Positions 24,622-36,295 of a stretch of 64,000 bases of DNA are shown here, in pieces. The notes below the pieces were generated by a model, which was not told the origin of the DNA, searched no databases, and saw only the letters and a program-made list of their open reading frames with translations. The translations under genes were made by a program, and so were the position numbers. Numbering within the stretch: position 1 is the first letter of the stretch; each line of letters starts with the position of its first letter. This DNA is from Amoebophrya sp. A120. Lineage: Eukaryota > Protista > Dinoflagellata. The stretch covers positions 10,073,432-10,137,431 of the forward strand of contig CAJINV010000001.1 of assembly GCA_905178155.1 (NCBI GenBank). The letters run 5' to 3'.

Positions 24622-27600
24622 ATGGCATCATGGTGGTCGTCGGGCAAGAAAGGTGGCGGAAAGAATCCGGACGCCACCAAGGGCGGCAAGAAGTCGTCCT
24701 ACAAAAGCAACGACTACTACCAAGATAGCAGCTACAGCAGAGCCGCGCATCAACCCCAGTCAGGAGGTGGAGCCGGCTACAACCCAAATGTTTACCAAGA
24801 CCAACATGCGCCGTACCAACCGGCTGCCAGGACTGCGGACCAGTACTACCATAGTGTTGTTCCGGAGTACAACAACGGGAAGCAGGGCAAAAGCGCGTAC
24901 GGAGGAGGGTACAACAACCCTGGTTCCTACCAAGGGTCTTCCTCGGAGGAGAGCTCGACTGTGAATAAAGGACACCACTATGGAGGAAAGAAGAAGGGAG
25001 GAGGGCCCTACGTAGAGCCAAGCATTTACCACAACTCCACCTACGGAGCTGCCGGTAAATTATCTGGCGGTGGTACTTCTAAAGGAAACAAACACGCAAA
25101 GTCGGATGCGTATTACGCTTGGAACGAGTACAATGCCGACTACAATCGCCACAGCAACGCCGGGAGGCAAGCGGTTCTGCAAGACGCTGACCACCGGCCG
25201 GAGCACGTCCCCTTCGCAGGTCCCTCCGGTGCGCCGCCGGGTCTCTCTCCCCCGGCAAGCATGCTGCAGGCGCCCCCGCTCGTGCCGGACTATCCCGGGA
25301 CCAAGGGGTACCTGAGTAAGGGAAAAGACGGAAACTTCGGCGGGCAAGCGAACATCAAGGGGGCAGGAGCCGAGCAACTCACATCCAACGGCACGACCGC
25401 CGCAACCACTGCAGGTACTACAGCTGCAGGGATCACCGCTAAAGCCGCCCCTCCCGCAGACAACAGCCTCTGCCTTGCGACGATTGCCTCCCAGCAAGCC
25501 GGTGGAAGTTCTGTGTACAAATACAAGCGTGAGAGTCCCAACGGGATGCACGTGTTGACGCACATGCCGCTCGTCTCGGATGAGTACCGGATGAAGTTGC
25601 TGCTGAAGAAGACCCGTCTGGACGCCGACGACTTTCCCCTGGAGGAGCGAAAGGAAACCTCCCCGGAGGGGCGGCAACAGCAAAAGCGCTCCCGGTGCCG
25701 CGAGGCCGCGGCGGCGAAGTACTACGACTTTGTGAAGATGTCTACGCAGGACTTGGTGTTCTGCCTGGGTCGCGGCGGGCACACGAAAATGAAGATCGCC
25801 GACGCGGCGGGCTGTAATGTGGAGATCGACCAGGATCGCGGTATCGGCGAGTGCTACTCCAACACGGATTTTGCCGCGTGTCGACGCGGAATCCAGTGTC
25901 TCCAATTCTGCGGTGCCCAGCGGCGCGATGAAACCCCAGTGGTGCGGTACCCGGAGGATTTCAGTGCGGACGTGACGATCATTCATGTTCCGGAGGAAAC
26001 CAGCGGGTTTGTTATGGGAAGGCAGGGCTCTTTTCTCCGGCAACTGGAGGAGATGTACATGGTGTACATCTTTTTCTGCGAACCCGAAGGCCGGGGGATC
26101 TCGCGGGAGCGCGGGATGCGGTACGTGTGCATTCTCGGGGCAAACGAGATGGGGCGGAAAGGGGCGGCGCTGAAAGTCATGGGAGCGGTGGAGACAAAAC
26201 TCCCGGGGTACTACTTGGACGATTGCGACATCCACTACTGTCCGGCGAGCCGGGGCGGGCCGCACGGAGGGACGGGGTTTGACACGGAAGCGAGGACCAT
26301 GAGCAACGACGAAATGAGCTTTGCGGTGGGGAAGGAGGGCCAGACGCGGAAAAAGTTGGCTCGTGCCAGCGCGGGGGCGGCTTTTGAGTTCGTCGGTCTG
26401 ACGGCTTTCATGGCGGGACCGGAGAACGCGAGGAAAAGGTATATTTGAAGTTTAGTTTGCTTTTTGAATTGCGTGCTTGCTATTTCGTGGTCAATTTACT
26501 TAGTTATAGTTTCTCTTCAGGCTTGTGCATTTAGTGAAGGCAATTATCGCGTATTACCGCCACGAGAAGCCCAACTTTTTCTCACTATTCCGAAACTCAT
26601 AATCAAAAAAACAGGCTCCGAAACTATCTTGAAATCCTGCTCCGTCAGCGCTCTTACAGCACTGTTGGCCTCACATTCCCCGACAAGAACACCCGACCGG
26701 ACTGCACTGTTTTGAAAATTCCTTCCACCTACATGGGTCTGCTGAAGGGACAGGCGTTGCGGGACCTGGAAAACCAAACGGACACGTTTTGCTTGGTCGA
26801 AGGAGATCCTGACCTGTCAACCGTGCTGATCATCCTGGGCGGCGAAAACGAGCGGCACAACGCCCAGGTTCGCGTGCAGGAAATCGTGCGGCTCCCGGAG
26901 AATGTTTTGCTCGGGAAGGAAAGCCTCAACACGGGCAAGACCAGGGGCGGAGGTATAGTTTTTTCATGTCAGAATACGCGTTTTTGTTTTCGTTTTGCTG
27001 TGGGTATTTTTCTCGAGCAAGAGACACCGACGTACCTGCATCACAACGATCTTGTCTAAATAATGAAGAGTTTGAGAAGAACAATGAAAATGCCACGAAA
27101 AAACTTTCAGGCTCGGGTAGACTGATTATGGTGGAAGTTCCGATCCCAACACTGCTTCTAGTCGAGAACGTCGAGGAGCTGTTACCTAAGCTTCGCGACC
27201 AGCTGGGCAAACTGCGTATTTCCGTATTACAATGAAAAATGCCCCCACCCCCAAAGTTGCAGTAATTTGTGATACAAAGTATCCAAATGAAAACTTTTTG
27301 TCATGCATGAAAGGACTAATGAATCTTTCTGATGCAGTGTCTAGGCGTATATCGCATTGCTTGCATGACAAGCGCCGCTCTTGCTGGGATCTTGCGCAAT
27401 ACAAATTTTTCTCTATTCACGATTGGAAATCTGTGATGCTGATAGATGCAAGAGGGCGAATGTTTCATTTGCAAAGGTTTGCAATACAAATGCTCCCAAG
27501 TTCGGGGGTGGGGGCATTTTTCATTGTAATATTCCGAGGCGAAGATTCAAGAAGACGCGTTGCGGATCAAAGTGAGCCAGGAGAACGCGGCCCAGTGTGC

Positions 27601-30600
27601 GATGATCTGTGAGAACTTTCTCAACAAGGACATTGATTGCGAAGTTCCCTACTACATCCCACGTGGCATCGGGTTTGCCGTGCTCACTTCGAAGCAACGG
27701 GAAGCGTGGAAGTTCGTAATGGATCAAGGGAGCGGGAAACTGGTCAAGCAGGTAATTTTCTCGCTTTTCCTTTTCCTTTTCAGTGAAACGTTAGAAGTAG
27801 CTGAGAAGTTTTTCATCACTTTTAGCATGCGCCTTTTCAAATCATTTGCTACTCATCGCAGCACACCGCGCCGGCCGCCGTTGCGACTCGGTGTGCAAGA
27901 ACACGATTTTTTTGGCCAGAAAATTTTGAAAAACTTTCAGACCTTCCGCGACCCGAAGAACCCTTTGAACTATCTCGATGAGGAAACAAGCCGGATTTTC
28001 GACTACCCCATCGCCGGCGAGCGCGGCGACCGGGGAGAGGTGATTCCGGCTAGTTTCATTCCCTGTGGCGCCATACCGGTCAACAGCATTCTCGAGGATG
28101 TCCGCAGCCGCTCGCGGCTCCGGGTGCGGATTTTCAAGGACCAACGCCGAGTCTTGTTCAGCGGTTCGCTCAGTCAGGTGGTTGCGGCGAAGCGGGATCT
28201 GGACTTGTGTCTCGGATCCTTTTTAACTTTAGTGATTCTCGTGAACCAGGAGTGCGTGTTTGACGAAAAAATGGTGAGCCATTGCGTCGGGAAGATTCAG
28301 GCAGACATGCAGTACAGGCATCACATGATCGCGGCAAACATCAAGGATTTCCGTCTGACTTTGTCCGGCAGTAACCTCGCCGTCTGGGAGGCGAAGGAGC
28401 TGGTAGAGAAGGAGCTACAACACACCGTTCTCGTCGCGAAGCAACAGAAAAAGAACAAGGAGAAGACCCCCAAAAATCATACCGGTGCGGCTGCCTCTTC
28501 TGCTGACACCGCGGCGTCCTCGTCGAAAAGCACTACTAATCCGGCGGAAATCGGGTCGCTGACGCTGACCGAGGGGAATTTGAAGAAACTTGCGGACAAG
28601 CCCAAGAAGAAAAACTGGGCGGATTACGAAGATGATCTCTCCAACGAACAGAACCAGTGGGAGAATCGGAACAAAAATAAACCACCGCCCGTCGTGTTTG
28701 TGTCCGTCGACCAGTACTACTTGTTGCCGCACTTAAGACAGGGCGTTTTGGCGAAGGAACGGAACGAACCGACGTCGGAATGGCTGCGGGTTCCGGAGGA
28801 CGATAGCAGCTTTGTAATGGGAAAAGGGGGCCGAACGAGACTGAAAATTTCCGTCGTGTCCGGGTGCCGCATCGAAATCAAGCGCGACCAGGAGGATGGA
28901 TTGGAAGTGATTGAGTTGACCGGCACTGCGCTGGAACGACGTCGGGCGAGGAAATACTTGGACATGATCCGGATCCAGCGAAAGGGAGCCGTGCACGTGG
29001 ACGAAGAAGCGCACAACGACAAGGACTTAACCGCGATTTCCGTTCCGCACGACTGCGTCGGGTTTGTGACGGGGGGCGGAGGGTCTCATCTGCGAAATTG
29101 CGAAACTGAATTCCACACGCTCATGTTCTTCTGCGATTACCACCACCAGCGGGGCAAGGGTATCCGGCAGCAGACGGAGGAACGACTCGTGATTTTCGGG
29201 CAGCGGCGCGGCCAGCTCGGCAGCAAGTTAAAGGTGATGAGCGCGATCGAAACGAAGATGCCAGGCTACTTCACGCGGAACCGGCGTGCGGACTACTTGC
29301 GCGGGCGGGAGATCGCGTCCGTTCCGGTCGAGGAGGGCCGCGGGAGAAAAAACGTGATCCACGGCGAAGATTGGAAACGAGAGGACTTCACGCCGATCCT
29401 TTGCGGGGCGGAGTGGGGCATTGACACGATGTGGGTGGAGCAGAACGACTTGTCCTTCGCGATGGGGTCAAACGGGGTGACGCGGAAGAAGTTGTGTAAG
29501 GCGACGAACTGCATTTTGGAATTCGTCGGCAACATCGCCCACCTCGGTGGGACGAAGCGGGAGAGAAGGACCTGCCGGGACTATTTGAACTGGTTGTTGT
29601 GCCAACGAACCGGCGTCGTTGCTTTGGAAGATCTCGATGGCTCCGTCTACTCCGCGAAGCAGGTTTTCGCGGAAACCAAGCGCCGCGAGCGCCGCCGACG
29701 GAGGTTGAAAGAGGAGGTCCTGGCCGAGCGGGCCGCGGCCAAGAAGCGCATGCGCTCGAAGCACAATAAGGACGGCGGAAATCAGCAGGAACTGACCGTC
29801 GAGGAGATCAACGCAGCGGAGGAGCGCGAGATTAAGCAAAGCCCCATGTCCGCGAGTCCGGACGTCGACCGGCTGGAGAAACAAGCGGCTTCTTCCCCCG
29901 ACGCGGTGAATCAAGATCCTGACCAGAACCACCACAACTCTGACCACAGCGACAACTCGAACATGGGTGACTTTTCCGCAGAAGAGGAAGACGCGGTCAT
30001 TCTGGCGGTGTCTCAGCACCGGAAGAACCCGGATCTGAAAACCAAGCACCGCCGGCGCGACCAGAAGCGGTTCACGCACAACATTTCCCGGGAGGAGTAC
30101 CACGAGTTTGTCTACGACTGGATGGCGGACCGGGATGACGTGGATGTGCTGTTTTTCTACGAAAAATGCGACATCTTTTCCGTACAGGCCTTGCGGCAAG
30201 TGGAGGAAAACACAGGGACGTACACGTTCGTCGACAATCTGTCAAAACCGAACTGCCTGTTCGTCTGCGGTGCGTACCGGCAGAACCGCCAGAAGGCCAT
30301 GGACGCCATTTACGAAATTTTGCGCGAGTACGACGAGTTGGACAGAACCTCGTGGGCGGACGAAACCCCCGAAGCGGGCAAGGCATGTCGGATCAAGGGG
30401 CCAGTTGGACCGAACAAACGACATTTGTCAACGGTATTTATATTCCTCGAATGTTTTGACTATCACTATTACAGTTTTTGCTTTTGTATCTGTGCCGATG
30501 TATGAGTATGATGATGAAGATTGAAGCTGAAGATCCTTTGTTGCAAAAGTGAGTTTGTAGCTTTCAAATGAGCCCGAAAATCAAAATTCAAAACACCCAC

Positions 30601-33600
30601 CACCACAGTCCGAGAAAGATCTGCTGATCCAGTCCGGGGGCGCCAATGTGGAAGTAGGAGCGGCGTACCAAGAGCTTTCCATGACCCACACGCGGTTCGA
30701 AGACCGCGATCTCGCCTTCTACACGATGCTGGCGAACCGCAGAGACAACGTTGCGTTTTACAACAACGAGTTCCGCGAGGAAAAACTGGTGTACAACAAG
30801 AGCAAGGATTTCCGCGAGGAGGACGAACACAGTGACGGGGGGCGATTTGATTCTGTGGAGCTCTGGCAGAGCCCGCTGCCGGACATGCAGATCTACCAGC
30901 AGCCGGGACCGCTGGGTGAGGATCCGTTGATTGAGGGACTGGAAAGCTCCCGGTTGCGGGTCAGCTTGCTCGTCGCGAAACACGCCATCCGCTTAGAGGG
31001 CGAGCCGAAGGAACTGCGCGACGCCTGGCGGAAACTGAACACCTTTGCCGCGAAGTTTGAAACTCTGCAGTTGGAGGTCCGACAGCAGAACGCGGACCAG
31101 AATCTGCTCCGGTCGGTGTTGTCGCACTACGTCGGGCCGCTGCCGTGGTTGAGCAAGGCGGAGATCAAGGACGGGGACAAGGTGACGCTCGTGGGCCACA
31201 GTGTTAGTTTGAACAAAGCCTTGAAGATTTTAGAGGAGTACCTCGGTGACAAATCCTTCGTCTACAAGACAAAAGCCGTCGCGAATCCGAACAGCGCATC
31301 GCTCGCTCTGAAAACCGGCGGCGCCTTGGCCGCAGACCGATCTGCGTCCGCCGCAGCACACAAGTCCGGCGGCGAACGCAGCCAGGCCAGACGCCAGGAG
31401 CAGGCCAGCATCGCGGACAAGCACGCGTCGCTGGATCCGTCGGCCGTAGTGGGGGTGCGCGATTTCCGCACCAATAACGACCTGACCGACAAGATCAAAA
31501 TGGCCTCGGAGGAGATTGGTTTCGTGCTCGGCACGTCCGGCACGACGCGCGACAAACTCGGTATTGCTGCGAAAGCGTTGCTGCACGGCGATGTGATGGA
31601 CAGTGACACGGTGACGGTGGAGGGAAGCAATTTCGCGCGCGAGTTCGCGAAGAAGTACATCGGCATGGTGCGACAGCAGCGCGTCGGCCCGGTCCCGGTG
31701 AATCGGGATGACGAGGATCTGATGTTGGTGGAGATTCCCTACGACTGCATTGGGCTCGTCACCGGCGTCCACGGCGCACATTTGCGGAAACTGGAGCGCG
31801 CTTGCCAAACGCTGATGTTCTTCGCGGACTACTTCAGAAAGGACAGCGAGAAGAACAGCAAGGAAACCGGCATCGCTTCGGATACCGAGGGGAAACCACA
31901 GAAACTCGCCATCTTTTCTCCCGACCCCCGTGCGCGCGCTTGGGCGTTGCTCCGGGTTTTCGGACTCAGTGATTTCCCGCGGGAGCAGGTTGTGATCTCC
32001 GATTTGGAAAAGCTGATCTCGACCGCGTTCGAAAGGCACAACGAGCGCGTGCGGGGAGAAGTGTTGCAGAATCTGGACGGTAGTGGTCAAGGTGAAAACC
32101 AGGCCGCTGCCCGCGTCGAGCGCGACGAGGTCATCGGGGTCGAGTCCCTGCCGATGAGCAAGAAGTACCATGCGGCAACGGACGGTCACGTGCTGCGCCG
32201 CACCGCAAGGAGCTCCGGGTGCATCGTCGAGCAAATCGGCAACAGAGCGATTGTGCTGGTCGGGTCGGAAAGCGAGCGGAAACGGGCAAAAGCGTATCTC
32301 GAATGGAACAGCGACGAGAAGCAGCTGCCGCAAGCGCTGGAGGCCTCGAAGCGCAAGGACTGCATCGTTTTGCGCAGTGGGAAGAAACTGTCGACCAGTT
32401 ACGCCAAGACCTATGGCTCCGGGTTCGATTCTCTAGAGACAAACCAGCTGGAATCCTGCATCGTTTTCCCGCTTCTTGAGGGTGACATCAACGCGAAAAC
32501 AGCGGAGCCACAATCCGGGGCCACGACCGCCTCGGACTTACACAAAGTCGCGGACGGATCGGTCGAGATTCTGGACGGGACGCTCTCTTCCTCCTCTTCT
32601 GACAATCCCCACCCGGTTTCGGCGGAGCAGAAGTCACAGCAGTGCCACTACCAGGTCGGGATCTTCGCGTGCTCCATGCGCGCACGGGTCTTGATGATGC
32701 TGCGGCTGTTGAAGCAAGACCACGAAAAGGAAAAGTCCAGTGCCTTCCTGGATCTCTGCAAGCAGGAGCTGAACCGCAGTCGCCGCCATCTGCGCCACGC
32801 CGTCGCCGCTAGAAAGGCGAGCGCCGACGCAAACAGCATCGACGCCGCAACCAACAGCAACCCGCCGTCGCCACCGAGCGTGCACTCGCGGCAGTCGTCA
32901 AAGGAGTCGAAGCAGGAAATGAAGAAATCCACCTGGCTGTACCAGTACCATTCCTTCGCCGACTACACCGAGTCCGCGATCCAGAAGGAAGTCAAGGACT
33001 TGGAGGATTTCGAGTTTGAGGAGCTGAAATTCACGAAAAACGAAAAGTACTACACCGGGTCGCTCTCCAAGCACCGCTCGAAGCTCGTGGAGGCGTCCGG
33101 TGCCTTCCTGGAGTTCTGCGGCAACGGCTGCATTCTCGGCGGATCGAAAGACAATCGCCAGCGGTGCAAGGATTACATGGCCTGGCTGCTGCGAAAGTGC
33201 TTCGAAAAGTCTGGTTGGGACGAGTACGACCTGGACGCCGAGGAGAACTGCAGTGCGTGGCGGGCGGTCATTCCGCATTTGGAGAACGTGTCTTTGAACC
33301 TCCGCACCGACGTTCTCTGCTTCCGCAATCCGGGGGCCGCGATCACGACCGAGCAGATTCGCGACGCAGAAATCAACTTCGGCGTCTTCACCTACTTCCG
33401 ACGAACCAACGACGATAAGGACCGCGAATTGCTAATTTTCGCTGCACAGTACGAAAAGCGGCTCCACGCCTACCGCCAACTGCTCGCGTGCCTGCTCGGA
33501 GGCAGGGACCGCAATCGAAAGCGTTTCCGTCGGCGGAGAAGGGACAGGGAACGGCGGCGCCGCTGGTGGGACGAAGACGACGGAAAATGGGACGACGAGG

Positions 33601-34397
33601 ATGGAAATTATTACGACGATGAAGACGCTGGCAATGCAGCGAACTACGACGAGGAGGACGATTACGAAAAACCTAAGAAAACTACCTCTACTCGCTCGGG
33701 TAAAAAGAAACAGGTCGATGATGATTTGGATTATGCGCGGTCGCCAAGAAAGCGAGGCGTTACGCCTCCGCCGAGGGGAGCTGCAAACAAAGCTGCCAGC
33801 CAGCGGTCCTCCCCTTCGAAAGCGGGTAAGAGCAGTCGGGCCGAAACCCCAGCGAATGCGAGTCGCGCGAGTCGGCGACGGCGCGCTCCGCTGCAGAGTG
33901 AGGAGAATAATCGCAACGAATTTCAAGCCTTGTCCCCCGCGAAGTCTGGTTCGAGGCGAGCTGGGATGCAGTCGAATCGGGATGCGGACTACGTGTCCGA
34001 ATCCAGTTCCGAATTGGACGAAGACTACACTCCGCGGGGCCGGGGTCGTGGCGCGCGCCGCAACTCTGTGCGCTCGAAGGGCACGGGCAAGGCGAATGCC
34101 AGGGGAGAGGCGACGCCGGCGGGCAGTTCGGCGAGCCGACAGCGTGGAGGTGCAGGAACCGCGGGCGCTCTCGGGGGCACCAGTCCGCGCGACAACAAGG
34201 GACGAGGAAAGCAGGCGACACTTGGGGGAGGAGGCTTGTTGTCCTCGGACTCGGAAGACGACTACAGTTCGGACGATGATGAAGACGATGACGGCACTCA
34301 CTCGGAGTACAGTTCCGCTAGTGGCTCGCAAGAACCTCGTGGTTACCCTGGAAGCGAGAACAGCGGCAGCTGGAACGGACACAGCAGGTACACATGA
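24622..34397 (+). CDS. Multi-KH-domain RNA-binding protein (~2920 aa); exons 24622-26438, 26615-26952, 27111-27223, 27536-27751, 27920(or 27941)-30433, 30609-34397
   Basis: Repeated KH GxxG loops (LGRGGHTK, MGRQGSFLR, VGKEGQTR, MGKGGRTR, VTGGGGSHLR, MGSNGVTR, LGTSGTTR, VTGVHGAHLR). Five listed ORFs join in frame through introns 26439-26614, 26953-27110, 27224-27535 and 30434-30608. Intron 27752-27919/27940 is tentative. Confidence 0.85.
27224..27535 (+). mobile_element. Introner-like non-canonical intron (312 nt, GT...CC) with a perfect 28-bp TIR and 5-bp direct repeat TTCCG
   Basis: TATTACAATGAAAAATGCCCCCACCCCC (27225-27252) is the exact reverse complement of 27504-27531. TTCCG occurs at 27220-27224 and 27532-27536. 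Removal joins KLRIS|EAKIQEDAL in frame. Confidence 0.92.
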
Positions 34398-36295
34398 TCC
34401 CGGTACTGCGCACAGCCGCGTCGCAGGCGGCTCTCATACCTGCCGAAACTACAACATGATCGAAGTACATAGTGGTTCTGGTTCTGCCGGTGCATTCTGC
34501 CTGAGTGGGGCCGAAGAGGATTTATTTGGGCTGTGTCAAAATCGGAGGAGGTGACACTGACACGACTGATTCCCTGGAATTTTTCGTAGGAGTCCCGCTC
34601 GACTGCTTCCCATCTCCGCTGGGTGTGACGCGTTGGATCGGACTGAGTTGCAGGGATTCGTGTAAAAGAACGCAAGTTCTAGTAGACCCAGCAGACAGCT
34701 GCAAATGGAGACGCAATTATCCCGATCACTCCACCGCAATCGCGAGTACCACCTGTGGTCGAGAGGGCTTGATGATGGGGGAGAAGGTAAATGCAAATCT
34801 GCGAAATCAAAAGCATAAGCAGTAGAACATGAGTCTACTCTTCGGATCCCGAATCTGTTGGACGTGCTCGGTATTAGTACTACGGTTATTCTGGTTTTGA
34901 AGTAGCGGAGGCGCTTCTTCATTTTCCATGCGGACTGGGCTAAAGAAAGAAACAGAATGGACTGCGCTATAGCTGCTAGGGCGCCAAAGATTTCTGATCT
35001 TTCCCAGAAGCAGAAGGTGCATGCCCTAAGCATTCCCTTTTTCACATGCTCATGCCTTAATTATTTCCTACGAAACTGACAGTGCGTCTCGCAGAATTTC
35101 ATTGTCGCGCATGCCTCTTAGAAGTTCTTACACGAAGAACTAGCTTCCTGAAATGGACCATGAATCTTGGCGTAAATAAAACTGAAACGGATGGAGGACA
35201 AGATGCTTTCAGATCTGTAGTTCACATCTAGGTTTGCTTATATATGTATCAAGTGTGCGTCTGGAACGCTCAAATTCGATTTTTGGTCGCAGAACAGGGC
35301 GACCACGGCTCAGTAGTTTGTGAAAAGACGCGCGGTTGATGAAGCTTGAGCTTCTTGCTTCAGAACAGACCCATCGAACGACTCATACCCGGAGTAACTC
35401 GATGCTCAGCAGCGACTACACCACTCGAAAATCCGTTTCATTTTTTAACTGTAAAAACGTTTGATGTCCATGCAATCGAGCAAGCACCATTTACCAGCGA
35501 CTGTCAGTTTCTGCTTGTAAACTATTTCTGACCGATGAAAAAGCTGTGCTACACACATCTACCTGCTTGTCTCAACAGCGGTAAATTTGTTGCAGTATGT
35601 TCCCGCTACCGCTGCATTTTTCCAGGGCGCAGAAGTCAAGATGGAAACGTTCCGTAATTCAGGAGGAATCGAAGGTTGAAATAAGCAGTGAAGTTTATTT
35701 GCATGCCATCGAGTTCTCGGTCGTTGGTAAACACGTAGTCTCTCGTGGTTTCATTAGAAGTGCAAGGGTGAATGTCTGTGTGGGCACAACTGCTTCTCGG
35801 CGATTCGGTAAAAATGTTTTGGTGTGATCACATGTAAAAAGCATTTTGGGTTCACATTTAGGAATGTCCTCCCCTGTACAACTCTGTTGCACTCGTATCA
35901 GCGATCAGACTCACAGTTCGTTCTTTTGGAGCGATTCCCTCGTGTTGCTCTACTCCGTCGTGTGTTATGAGCCTCGTCATTTCGTCATCGAATCGGGATT
36001 AAAAGCGCATCTTTGGGCAGCATTGTGGTTCGACAATTAATTTTTGTGGTCGAAATTACCTGTCTTCTGCTGCTTTAGTCGAATTCAAGCTCGTTTGTCT
36101 TGTCGCGCTTAGGCCACTTTATTTAGGTTCGTGTAGCCATTCAGAAGGATTCATCACACAGTGTTTTTTTGAACGAGCCCTAATATTATTGTCTTCACGT
36201 TGAAATCTTAAGAGCGGAGCACGTCTCTGAATATGTAACCGGAACAAGAAGTCACCTACTAGCACCACGACTCTTTTGACCAACATAGAAGAACC

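Noticed and set aside
25060-26265. 401-aa minus-strand ORF (also 31230-32333 and many shorter antisense ORFs)
   Set aside because: Shadow frames of GC3-rich + strand genes, with no domain signal.
36133-36141. GTAGCCATT as a relict dinoflagellate spliced leader
   Set aside because: Only 9 nt match and the TTTGGCTCAAG 3' part is absent, so chance is a sufficient explanation.
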